This document shows, in pieces, positions 14,164 through 26,699 of a stretch of 64,000 nt of DNA. The position numbers were made by a program, and so were the translations under genes. Positions within the stretch are counted from its first letter, which is position 1, and each line of letters starts with the position of its first letter. The notes beneath the pieces are model-generated. The model ran no database searches and had not been told where the DNA came from. It saw nothing but the letters and a program-made list of their open reading frames with translations. The stretch is from Kudoa neothunni (lineage: Eukaryota > Animalia > Cnidaria): positions 593,284-657,283 of the forward strand of contig OZ199840.1 in NCBI GenBank assembly GCA_964304625.1. The letters run 5' to 3'.

Positions 14164-15072
14164 TTTCGTTAGGTAAATATAGGGGATATTTTTTAGCTTC
14201 ATCGTTACACTTTTTAGAAGAAAAGTTCTTTCTTATTTATAATAAAACTAGTGAATAATTTAGTCGCAATAACGAATTTTAATTGTCATAAATTGTTTCT
14301 TTTTAATATAATTTGTTTATTCCCACATACCTTAGTGATGGCTAATTTGGAGTTTAGGTACCTAATGAACGTTTGATTTATTCGTTATCATTCACACATC
14401 TATTTGAAGTCTAACTTAAATAATAGAATGAAATGTAGGTACATTATTTAGATATAGATAATCCTTAAAGGAATAAATTAATACATTTTTATTTAACTGA
14501 CATAATCTTCAAAAACATATCCTTCTTTGAATTACCTAAATTTATGGGTCTTATATTAATGGCAGGGTTTATATGAAATGAAATAATTAAATTATTATGT
14601 CGTATCAAATTCATTGATATAGGTTTGCAATGTTGTGCTTGACACTTAACTTTACATTTCTGTGAGCGAGTTTTTACAACATCGCCATCTGGATTTTTAT
14701 TAAACTTTCGTCATTATATTGTTGTTTGCTTAATTTTAAGAAGAAACGATTATTAAGTTAGATATTTTTATTCACCGCAGGATGAATTTTGTTGAGGGAA
14801 CCTAATTCTATATTCTAAGGATAAATAAATATAAATACTATGACTTATGGGTTCTCTGTAATATTTTTTTAAATATTACAGAGAACAATTTTTTAATTAA
14901 TTGTTTTTTATCATGTCACTATGTATATTATAATTTAAAATAATATACCGCCGACTAATTTTTAATAATTAATTTTGAATTATGCGTATTTTATATTTAG
15001 CGTCGTATATTATATTGGATTTAGAAGAAAAGTATAATATTACGTAGATCAGAAATAAGAAGAAATGTTTAA

Positions 15073-15817
15073 CACTTCGTTAACCCCTTAATTTGTTTGA
15101 AAACGACACCCTCCGAAGAATTTTAGGGGTAAAATAACCTCAGTTTTACTTTCGTTAATATCGCAATAAAATTATTTTAAATGATTTGCAAAATATAAAA
15201 AAATTCTATCGAATGGATTTTGAGAGAAATCTTAAACATTGCCTCATTTAACTTACTAATCCAATTTGACGTACTTATAAATTACTTCGGAACATTTCGG
15301 AAAACAACAAAAGTTCATATTTTTGTATACTGGCGAATGAAAAACATAAGAGATAACATTATTTAAGTACAGTATATATCAAATAATCTTTATTTTCAAC
15401 AGTAGCTACATATTACATGTAGTATTAAAGAAATCTGGTGAATTTTACCATGAGCGCATTAAATCGGATTATTATAGATTAATTCTTGTAATACTTATCA
15501 TTTTTCTCCGAAAACATTCGATAAAATTTATTTTTACCCTCACGATCACTTCATATATATATATATATATTATTTTTAAAAATAACAATTAAAAAAAATC
15601 TGAGATTATTTTCACTTCAGAGTTCGCTGGAAAATACATTTTTTGTTAATAGCTAATACATTGTTATTTTTATTCTAAATTTATTTTATTCGTACATATC
15701 ATTTTGTTAAGTGGATAAAAATAATATCATGAATTTTAAATGAAAATTATAGATTTTACCAATGGATTAATGATTAATGTAGATTTGGGAGTATTTTACC
15801 CAATTTCTTTAGAGGAT
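15073..15817. mobile_element. piggyBac-like non-autonomous element
   Basis: TTAA-bounded, with subterminal palindromes GGGGTAAAATAACCTC (left) and GGGAGTATTTTACCC (right). Confidence 0.4.
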
Positions 15818-16282
15818 TTAAAATTGGAAATAAGACAATTTCATCAAAAAATATCGAACACAACACACTGAAAATTATAAATAATGGAACCTTTTAATGC
15901 ACAATCAAAATCTCTTAATTCAGTATCAAATAAAAATAAACAATATACTGGAATTACGTAATAAACGTGTTCAATGAAAATCAAGGGAAAATATAAGAAA
16001 AGTTTATTATTACGAACTTGGCGAAAAGCCTGAAGTGTAGATTGTTTAGATGTGATCGAGAACTAAAGGAATCTTTCTTAAGTTATCATAATTGTTAATA
16101 GAGGTAATAAATTTTTTTTGGTGAAAATAAAAAAACCCATTTATCTTATTCCAGTCGAGACTGGATATTGTGTAATTTAAGATTTTCATTATGAAAATAA
16201 TTACATTCAAATCATCGTTATTGTGCGATTTAATAAATTATGAATTTAAAAAAAAGTTTTTCTCTATGAGCCTCTGATTTAA

Positions 16283-17060
16283 TCCTCTAATGATGCGAAA
16301 AACGTACACCTTCCAACGATATTTGATATTTGGGGTGTAACCACTACCCACTATATTTGGTTAATATTATTCATAAAATAATTAGACATGAACTGTTAAA
16401 ATTAAAACGATTTCTATCAACTGTTTTTATAACAGACCCTCAATAATTTTATTAAATAATCCCCCTAAATCGGATAGAGAGATATTGAAAAGCTCGGACT
16501 CTTTCGCGCAAGAAAAAACAAAATAAATTTGACACAATAAATGCTGTTTTCTCAATAGAAAAAAATTTTAAAATCACAATAACTTCTTTAAAAATTACAA
16601 ATATTTTGACCAAAAGAAATAAAAGAAAAACAAAAATAATTTAAAACCCTTTGATAACAGAAAGCCGCTGGTCTTGAGTGACCATTCATAACATTTCCAA
16701 TCGAAGTTCTCGATGTAGAGAGCTCATTAAGATCCCACACGATGCGATTCTTACTATTCAATTAACCTCAATGACATAGGATTCAAAAGATTCATCCGAA
16801 TTTTCAGAAGATTTTAAAATTCTCATTCAATTCCTTATCAGGTGATCGGTTTCGATTATTGAAGGCTTCAAAGCTGCCCGTTCGACATTGTTAGAAGCGG
16901 CACATCCGCACACTAAATTTGCGAACTTCAAACATCAAATTACTAAAAATATAATGGACATAATTCGCTTAAACTTGGTAAAAACAGAGCACATGTAATA
17001 ACGCTTTTAATAAACGAAAAAAAATCTGGGATGTATTATACCCTAAAAATCGTTTGAAGG
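16283..17060 (+). mobile_element. piggyBac deletion derivative
   Basis: TTAA-TCCTCTAATGAT left end; GGGATGTATTATACCCTAAAAATCGTTTGAAGG right end; decayed transposase-like sequence at about 16690-16830. Confidence 0.55.
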
Positions 17061-18983
17061 TATTATTATTTTTAGTCCACCTATATAATATACTAGCATT
17101 AATGCCCGGCTTTGTCTGGTACTGTTTGATGAAAAATTTTAACTTTTATTTTTAAATGGAGAAATTTTACGATTAATTTAATCTAATTAGCACGTTAAAT
17201 ACTGAAAATTTCATTTTTCTATTTTAATTTATGCATTTTAAATCTTGTCATAATCTTTACAATGTGATGATTTAGTTTGACAAAATTAGGCGCACATTTT
17301 CCATTCAAATATAAAATAGAGATATTGAGGGAAATTAATTAGGTATTTTACAAATTATTGACCAAAAATATAATGAGCTTAATTTTATGAGCAATTTAAT
17401 TAACGATTAAAGTTTGTTTATTTATTTATTAAACAAAATCATTAAGTAATTTAAATATTAAATGGGACTTTCAATTCTTTTCAAAGATCTTCCGTTAAAA
17501 ATTAATTCTTCTAGTTTTAAAATTTATTATTAGTCTACAAACTATAAGAAAAATAAAATCGACCTAAGATGCGTCAGAAACAAAATAAGCAATTGTTACT
17601 CCTTTTTGCAATTTTATAAAGGATGTTAATGAGGTTTTAATAATCTGAATGGTAACTTACGTATTCACTATTTTAGCATAACTTCACGATTTTTAAATAA
17701 GTGCAACCTTTTTTTAACAAAAGTAATTACTGGTTCCAAAATATACAAATTTAATTATCAAAATACGATTAAATCTAAAATGTAAATTGTAAAGGTGTTT
17801 TATGGTCGAAAATTACAGTAAAGCTTAAATATTTAAATATCAACTGGTTTTCTCGAAGGAGTGCATCCTTTTAAAAATAAACGTATTCCTTGATTGTTCT
17901 GGAAAATTTCGTAGTATTGAACTATTCTTAGATTATGGAAAACTTTGTGAAAATATCGGTTTGATTGAACAGACCAATAATTTCTTATTTACTTACATGC
18001 CACGTTTTGAGATTGATAAGGTACTGTATTTTGTGAAAAAGTAATCGTAAATATAAATTCTTAAACTACGTATAGAATGAGGTGTCATAATTTAATTCCA
18101 TGCAGCTTTTAATCATAATAAATTATTTTTAACGAAAAGAAAATTATTCATTGATTTTAATATTAACCTTAAGGTCTGGCTGGAGATAAGGAATAATTAA
18201 TTTATTAAGAACTTAAACATTATTTAAAAAATTACCTCATCGAATATAGGATCAATTTCAATCGATATATTTGATAAAAAGAAATTTTCATTTAAGAAGC
18301 TACCACAACAATTTAATTATTTGGAAACTCTACAAACATCTTACACCATTTTTAGAATGCGTAAAGAAACCAAAATTATTTCAACTTGGCAACAACTTAT
18401 AATATCAAATTATGTGTTTTATTTAAAATAATCATAATCTCTTTTGCTTAATTATATCCATAATGTTTGAAAAATAAATCTAAAACGTAAATAATTTGGT
18501 TATGCTTAAAATTTTAAGGGAAATGCTTAATCTCTTGTAAATATGGCTCTATGGCATTATCTGTCTTAAAGTCATTCAAAACAGACGTACTTAATATTTT
18601 TTAAACATTCTATACAAAATTTAATAGATTTTCTGTGTATAATGGGTGAAAGTTCATTCTGATTGACTATCATTCCGAAGTAAACTAAAATTAAATATTA
18701 TAAAGGTATTTTGTAATCTGTTATTTGAGTAAACAATCCGAAATTTCCTTACTTCTGACTACGGTATTTACTATATTTATACTTCTAAGTAAATGAACGA
18801 TGTTTATTAATGTATATCTATTCAAATGCGAATTAAAAGCAGTATATAAATATATATAGATAGATCACGCGTATATACTTACATTGATCAGGTTAAAAAA
18901 TTATATAAAAACTTATATCAAATGGGTAACTAATACCTAAAATACGTTCAACGAAACAGAGATAGGTTTATTTTAGCCTCTAA

Positions 18984-20444
18984 TCAAGTCTCTGGAGAAG
19001 TATCTGTCGTAATTTTGTTCTCACCATTATAATGGCCTCCACATATTTGTTCACATTGTTGTCCAGTTTTAAAATTGTTTGTGTTACCATCATAACCCTT
19101 GTATTTGAATGCTTGGCATTTATTTTTTTCTGATTTATAATAATATCTTATTGTTTGAAATTTCCCATCCGTCCACTTCCCTTTTACCGGTTGAGTACAA
19201 GTTTCTTCAATTTTTATCTCCTTCTTGTAATTTTCTAAATTTATTATTAATATGTTTAAACAAGAAAATGGAACCTAATGTAAAAAATCATCACTCTTAT
19301 TCTTGATTTAAACAAGTTTGTACCTGCACCGCAATAACTATGACACATCTCCATCGTTGGAAAGCTGTTGTTTTCTTTATTAAAGCCGGCGTCATCACCT
19401 GTTGACGAGCCAGTTTCCATGCGTTTGCAGACTTTATTTTTAGCATCATGATAGTATCTGAAACTCACGTTCTCTTCATTAGTGAAGGTAGTCTGATGAG
19501 GATTCTTATCACATGCAGGAACTCTTTTATTCTTAGCTTCTACGTCGGCGCCAGTGTCATTAAACTTGTGTGCTGTAAAATATTAAATACTGAAATGAAA
19601 TAATGTATATACGATAACATTTATTGACGCATTCAGAAAACGTGCGGAATATTCCTCTTGTATTCACATCAATTGAGACTGCAGCAAACGCGCACTTGTT
19701 GTTATTGATATCAGCAATATCGCAGTGCCTGGGTCCTTATCTTTAACATCTGGCCTTAGTTCACAGTCTAAAGAATTTGGTACTGAATATTTTCCATCAT
19801 TATCGTTGTTTTTTATATTTGTATCGTCTGCGTTAGTGAGGCCCTCCATTCTTTTTATCTAAAGTAAAATATATATTAATTTTTAACATTTGAGTCAGTG
19901 CAATATACTTAAACAATATAAATAACATTCGGTTGAATTGTCGTATCTATTAAAACTTCCTCCACATCCGTTATAGTCGAATTGTTTACAGCTGGCAGTT
20001 GTCTGATCAAAGTAGTATTTCGTGTCTGTTCCTGTATTTTTTACACAATGTCCTGGATGCATTGGTTTTTTACATCCTTGTAGTTTTTTCCCGTTTAGTT
20101 AACTTTCCTTTTATTAATATTAATAAGCCAAGTTTAAATTCACAGCGTACCATGCATTTCGCAAAGTCCTTTTGATGCAAAATTGTTATAATTCCCCTTG
20201 ATACCACGATATTCTAGAGGCTTACATTTGGCATCATTGATATCAATAAACCATCGGTCGATGACATTATTCATGCTTTTAACACCACCGATGGGCAGTC
20301 TCCCTCATCTCTTTCATAGGATGGTAATATCGGGTCTAACAAGCAATATTGAGTTTAATAAGAGAAATGATAATTACCAGAAAAACATAAAGTAAACGAC
20401 AAAAGAAATATTATTTTATGTAATAGAATATTCATTTTTTTCAT
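18984..20444 (-). CDS. Secreted five-domain Kunitz/BPTI-like protein (at least 4 frameshifts as written)
   Basis: Signal exon MKKMNILLHKIIFLLSFTLCFS, then one domain per exon with phase-1 introns: RWFIDINDAKCKPLEYRGIKGNYNNF; CKKPMHPGHC...YYFDQTTASCKQFDYNGCGGSFNRYDNSTECYLYC; FRTFSECVNKC; RYYHDAKNKVC...NSFPTMEMCHSYC; RYYYKSEKNKCQAFKYKGYDGNTNNFKTGQQCEQIC; TGA at 18984-18986. Confidence 0.85.
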
Positions 20445-20766
20445 ATAAAATTTTTAATAAACAAATAGGAACCTTGAATAATTATCGTATATAAAGAATA
20501 GGCGAGGTGTTAATACATGAATAAGATTAATAAAATTTTCAATTAGCTATAATTGTCGATCAAATTGCTTAATAATATTATTATAAATCCAATTTTTTAA
20601 CGTAGTGAGCATGATGAAGCAAAATATATATATTTATTTAATAAAATTAACTTTAATTTTATACAACTCCTTCAGTACTTAATAAAGGCTGAATTATTCA
20701 TAGTATACCTAAAGTTGAAATAAGTTTAATGTTTCATAAAATGTATTTCATATCGAATATTAATTA

Positions 20767-20967
20767 TGTTTTGCTTGTATCCTATTGCACCAACAGAGGG
20801 GAGGATACGAAGAACGTTTTTCCTTATATAAGCAAACGAGCGCAAAAGCCCCTCTTCGCTTAGGTTTCCTTGCTTGGCCACGCAAACTAAAACCTTGAGT
20901 AGGCCAAGGTCATTTGAAGTTCAAAGTAAATTCAGAGTATTTAGATAAATAGTACAAAGATTACCCA
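20767..20967 (+). mobile_element. Candidate solo LTR
   Basis: 201-nt GC-elevated island with TG...CA ends, ATTA on both flanks and an internal TATATAAG. A 4-bp AT match is weak evidence in this genome. Confidence 0.35.
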
Positions 20968-21619
20968 ATTAACTGATGATTTATTTAACTCATTGGAAGC
21001 ATGAGCCTTATTTAATATTTTTAAAAACAAATATACACTACTGAGCGTTTAAAAATCGATTTTCTCCTTGTTGTTCACAGTGATCTCTAAATCATACCAT
21101 ATGAATAGGACTAATCTTGTGAAACATCAACAAATGCATTTAATATTAATGCATGGCTTACATAACCTAATATTACCTTCCTTATTTGAACTATTTCGAT
21201 TACTAAATTACTTTCCAATAATTTTAAAGTAAAAAAATACTATGGTACATTTAAAATTAACTTTTTATAACTTTAACTAAATGACCCATATGTTAGCATA
21301 AATCCAGAAATCATGCCACTCATATCAAATGAAAATGTTTTTAGTCATTTTGCAGGATACAAACTTTTTATAATTTATTACATATTTTTCTGTGTTAAAA
21401 TAAAATTTTATCTTTCCATATGTATGCTCAAATGGAGCGATATGTCTCTCTATAAAGAATGAAAAATGTGTACACACTGACACACACACGGATTACCGGT
21501 TTGCTTTATATAGTAGATTCTTTCAAAAATTACGATGTAATTTCAAATTATTCTGCTGGAGTTGCTTAAGTTTAAGCATGTTCAAATAGCAAGAAAAAAG
21601 TTACAACTAGTTCAAATAT

Positions 21620-21661
21620 TATTTGGGATGTATTACAACCTAAAATCGTTAGAGGGGTTAA
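21620..21661 (+). mobile_element. Second piggyBac right end, same family as the end at 17028-17060
   Basis: GGGATGTATTACAACCTAAAATCGTTAGAGGGG-TTAA is near-identical to the 17.0-kb end. Confidence 0.65.
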
Positions 21662-21699
21662 TATTGCGTAAAAGCTTTTTATTACTAAATGAAAATTAC

Positions 21700-23457
21700 T
21701 AACGTGACTCGATATTACGTGGTTTCATCTTCGATATATCCTGGGCGCAGCGTGAAATTTCTGCGAAAATTAGAATAATACAATATTTCAATTCCATAAA
21801 AACAACTAAAATGAAAAGAAAATGAAGGTGTTTAAAATTTAAACCTAGTGATATTGTTATCTTTGTTCGATATTAATATATTTATTCAAGGACACTCAAC
21901 GCTTGGCAGAATTCTTTCTCATGAACCAAGCTGAAAATTTCAGACGTTGCAGGATATAGAAAGAGGCATTCAAATGGAAGATTCATCAACATAGACGAAG
22001 TAGTTTATTAAAAAAACGCACGAATGGTCATATTATTTCTGGAGACGTAATCCTTGAAATAGCTACCATCATTGCCGAAAAGAATGAAGTTCCAAATTTT
22101 TTTTTCAAGTAAGGGTTGGGGTTTAAAAAAAGGTTTGGAATCATTCTCATGCATACGCTGCGAGCGCTAACGTCACATTTATTGATTCGTGAATCTATGA
22201 AAATAAAATTTGATATGTATAGCCCAAGAAATATAATCAATAATGGCGAAGCTGATTTGTTTTATGAGCAGTTATGTATTAAAAGAAGAGATGATATAAA
22301 AGGTAAAAAGCTATCGAAAGAAAGGATAACAATTTTGGTATCATGCTCCTTAAGCGGAGAGAAGTTGCCTTTAGTCGTGATTGGGAAATACCAAAACCCT
22401 AGGTGTTTCAAGGGGGTCAAAAATTTACCTTGAGTATCATGTCCAAAAATATTCTAAGATGATCTCTGCTATTTTTTCCATATAATGAAAAAATTAAATT
22501 CTAAAAAGGAAGATTAACAAAAAATACTAATCTTGCTGGACCAATGCCTAACACATCCAATAGATATCACTTGCTTTGGTAATATAAAGATTCTCTTTTA
22601 CCTAAAAATACTACAAGTGTTTTATAACCATTCGATCATGGGATGAGTCATTGTATTAAAAGTAGATATAAATAAATATTGTGTAATCAGTCGTATGGCA
22701 TTACGTAATGATTCATCAAATCAAATAATAAAGTTACATTATTTAATGAAATCTCGACACCCCAAGAAGCATGGAACGGCATCGCGCCTGAAATTATTGC
22801 CAAATGTTTTAAAAAATTGGAGATATTTTTCGAAAGTAAAAGCCAATTCGAACTTCAAAAATTAATCGATTAGGATAGAAAAGGTGGAGACGGAAGGAAA
22901 TGATAAAATTTGCGAAAATGAACAAAATATAAATAAAATTTTAACATTTTTATAGTCAAAGAGGAAACGCAGGAGACTAACTTTAATGTTGTTAGCGTAT
23001 GTACTTGTGGGGATGATACTGACGATGTCATAATATCAAAAGAAATCGAATTCAGAATGAAATCTAATCTGAAGATGAAGAAGAAGAAGAAACAACAATT
23101 TCGGTAAAGGATATAAATTATGTCGTAATTATTCCAAGAAAGATATTGATATTGATTCAGGAAGATCCATCTGGACTTATCGATCTCCATCCGATAATGG
23201 ATCGAATATTAAAAATATCAGCTTCAAAAATGGCACCAATTTAAAATAATTTCATATTTCATAAAATTGATACTTTTGTCGTTTTTGGGTTAAAGTAATT
23301 TTCTTATATTTATTTTAACTGATTAAAATTGATTAAAAATAATATAAACGTATAAAAAAGCTTAAATATATTATGCTTGTGTGCGCACGCAAGTGGGTTG
23401 ATAATACTTAATTTTTTTTCGCCCCCAAAAATTGCGCAATATCGAATCTCGACTGTA
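21700..23457 (+). mobile_element. Tigger/pogo transposon with decayed DDE_1 transposase
   Basis: KLSKERITILVSCSLSGEKLPLVVIGKYQNPRCFKGVKNLP, ILLDQC, LPKNTTSVL-PFDHG. Right TIR GCGCAATATCGAATCTCGACTG-TA; degraded left TIR GACTCGATATTACG. Confidence 0.9.
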
Positions 23458-24010
23458 GTAGGTTCTATTGTCTTTGAAATGACACAACATTCAAAATGTT
23501 ATCTTTCGGAAGAATTTAATATTGTAAATCACGCGGATATTGATAAATTTATAGGTATATCTACTACAAGATGTACTTAATTGTTTGGTGTCTAATGTTT
23601 ATTTAATGAAAAATTTTTAAATATTATAGTAATTTTTATTTTAATAAGAACAAATCATAAATTATTTAATAAATTTTTATCACCTAGAATATGCAATGAA
23701 AAATTTAAATTGGCGCCATTTTAAACCAGGTAATTTATTTCTATGCATAATCGTAATACATTCCATTTAAAGTTGTTTTGTTAAAATATAATTTTTCAAA
23801 GTTAAAAAATTTATGTACATAATAAAGTTAAATTATATATATTATAAAAAACTTTTATTTAAAAATAATACTTTATTAATTTGTAAATAAAAATTAAAAT
23901 AAATAGTCAACATTAAAATCCGTTCAAATGATAAATAGGGGAATATAAATAAAATAGAAAACAACAATAGATTTGAATTATAGTCGATATTTCAAATAAT
24001 ACTGTTATTT

Positions 24011-25770
24011 TCATTGTGTTGCACATAGGTTGGTCGGTGTTATATTGTTATTCCGATAGTAAACAACTCCAGCCATCATTATAATAAATATGATTCCCAA
24101 TCCAATGATAATCATCAAATAATTTTTTTCGTCATAGAAGGATTTTTGCTCTTCTTGGAAGTTTTCTAGTTTGATTTATATTTTTATTTGTATTTGTACG
24201 GTTAGGTTTTAGATTGTCTTTATTTTTTCTTTCGTTATCTATTGGATCATCTTCCATTATTTGTCTTAATTTGTTTCGTTCATTCCTCAAATATAACAGG
24301 CGACTTTGTATTTTTCCGAATTCCATGATGTGGGTATCAATATCTTTAATACTTATTTTTACGGAGGTGCACATAGACACATACGACCTAATGCTGGAAA
24401 AATCTATTGGGTATGAAAATGTGTTTTGAGAAGAGACATATTCGGAATAAATTTTATTGTAAATTTTGATGTTATCTGGTTGAATAATATCACCATTTGG
24501 TATACTTTGTAACACTTCAAAAACAATATATGCTAATTCAACATTCATTTTATGGACTTTGGCTTGGTGTAACAAAGATGGTTGTTGAGATATTAGAGTG
24601 GGCAATTTCTGTTCATGAAATTTGATGGCTTTTTCCGTGTTGTCAATAGTTAATTTATTAGAAAGTAGTTTTTCTATAGTTTTTTCCATTCTCTCTGTAA
24701 TTATTTGAAGTAAACCGACTTTTTCTTTTGGGATTATGGGAATACTTTCATTCACATGTTTAAGATATGGATGCCATAGTTGAACTTCTGAATCAATATC
24801 GTTTTTTAATTTCTCCTTATGTTCATCCATATAATTTTTTGCAGATTCGAGTATAGTTCGTTCGTTTTCAAATTTTGTAGTGTCAATTGTGTCTTCCAAA
24901 ACTTTTATCTCATTGTAGTCTAAGCTAATTTGTCGATGATAGTTTTTAATTTGGGTAAGTTGAGCAGAAGTGCCTGCTTTAGTTCTTTGTATTTATGTAG
25001 TATGTTGACGGCGGAAGGATCCAATTGAGGAAATTTTGGAGGAGTTTGACATATTTGCTTTATATAAGTTGTTTCTTTTCTCAACTCACTCATTTCACGG
25101 TTTAATATTTCCTCATAATTGGCTTCGACATCCTCCATATCATAGGACGATTGATCTCTACTATCATCGTTTCCACATATTTCTATGGCCAACTTAATTT
25201 TATTTACGTATTTTTCGATTTTTTCTTTGTTCCTCTTTAAATTAATATCGCATTGGATCATTTCCTCTAGATCACGTTCTATTTGGAATTTTTGCAAAAT
25301 GACGTTTCTGATTGAATCCTTCCAATCCTTCCAATCGTCATATATTTTTTTGTGTTTCTGTAATAATCTTGAAAAATTTTATATATTTCATTGAATGAAT
25401 TCTCTAAAAATTTGGTTTCATCTAAGAATTTATAGGTTTTGGTGATTTCCCTTACCACCATTTCCGACCCCATATCTTTTGAAAGTTGTTTTTCCATGTC
25501 GTCGAGGACATTTCCTCTCAATTGGTTAACATCACAGTAACTATAAGTAGCAGTATCATCAAATTTATAATGATCAAGATTGAATTTTGTAAATGGTGCA
25601 TTTATATTCTCCTGGCAATATGCTCGATGAAGTTCGGCGTGGCCGTCCCTCCCAATTTCTTCAGTCCCAACCAATCGAACAATATCAACTCCCCAAACTT
25701 ATAATTTATTATTTTTTCTCACACATTAATAATTACTTTTTAGGGTTAAAAAAATCACCAACGGTAGCAT
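24011..25770 (-). CDS. Helical type-I membrane protein, paralog of 34760-36519, split by 3 frameshifts
   Basis: MLPLVIFLTLK|IWGVD (phase-1 intron). ORFs 25279-25674, 24920-25297 and 24132-24899 align in order with the intact paralog (YCQENINAPFTKF, IKLAIEIC, IKQICQTPPKFPQLD). A shifted frame gives TM YLMIIIGLGIIFIIMMAGVVYY and TGA at 24011-24013. Confidence 0.8.
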
Positions 25771-26699
25771 TATACTTCCGAGTATATTAACATATTAACG
25801 ACCGTATTGTATGAATATACAACACGTTTGCAATCGTTCTGAATAGCATCTATATAATTTGATATGAAATCAATTGGATAACCGTGGTGCAATTATATAA
25901 TAGATGATGCCTTAATATTTATAGATTAAAGTATAAGTTGGTAATTATTTCATTTTTTAAACGATAAATTACGTTTAACAAAGTGGTCATGGATTCTTGC
26001 AACTTTTCATGTATTAATAAAAGTAGGTCCCGTGATATATTTTTTCTAATGAAATTTTAAATAAATATCGCACTTTAAGCCACATTGATTATTATACACA
26101 ATTAAACCACGTAGCATTTTAACTCCATATTTGTAAAATTTTGCTTATTTTTGTAACGCTAATTTTGTAGAAGCCATGATAATATAAAAATAGAAGAATA
26201 AAATTGTTTTTATATTATTTGTGATGCATTTTTGTAAATAACTAATTAGAAAATCACATAATGTTGACGTATAATTGAATCTGCTAGGTAATGAATATAT
26301 TTTTAATTTTGTATAATTATTACGTATATATTTTTTACTTTTACATATTAACTTCAAAAATAAAACATTAATTTTAAGAATTTTACGGTTAATCGATCGT
26401 AATTTTTACTCGACGAATTCACTGTAAAAATTAATAAATTCTTGAATATCAAAGACTTTATATTTTTGTTGTCTAATTTTACGAAAAATACGAAACTTTT
26501 CTAATATTTAATTCTATTTGAGCAGTCACACCGCGCATCGCTATTTATCGTTGAACAATATATCACTGAAATAGTTATTTTACGGGGAAAAATGGCTTTT
26601 ACTATTTATATACGATAAAAATTCTATTTATCACTTATCGTAATGTTTTTATGCTTATATTTTGCTGAAATGAGTTAAAAATTTGAGTAATTTTAAATG

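Larger units (their letters stand above)
17093..21517 (-). mobile_element. Helitron termini (5' TC at 21517; 3' hairpin plus CTAG at 17093), possibly one 4.4-kb element
   Basis: Minus strand reads A|TCTACTATATAAAGCAAACCGGTAATCCGTGTGTGTGTCAGTGTGT ... ACCAGACAAAGCCGGGCATTAATGCTAG|T: TC start, TG microsatellite, imperfect GC hairpin, CTAG end, A|T flanks. Confidence 0.6.
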
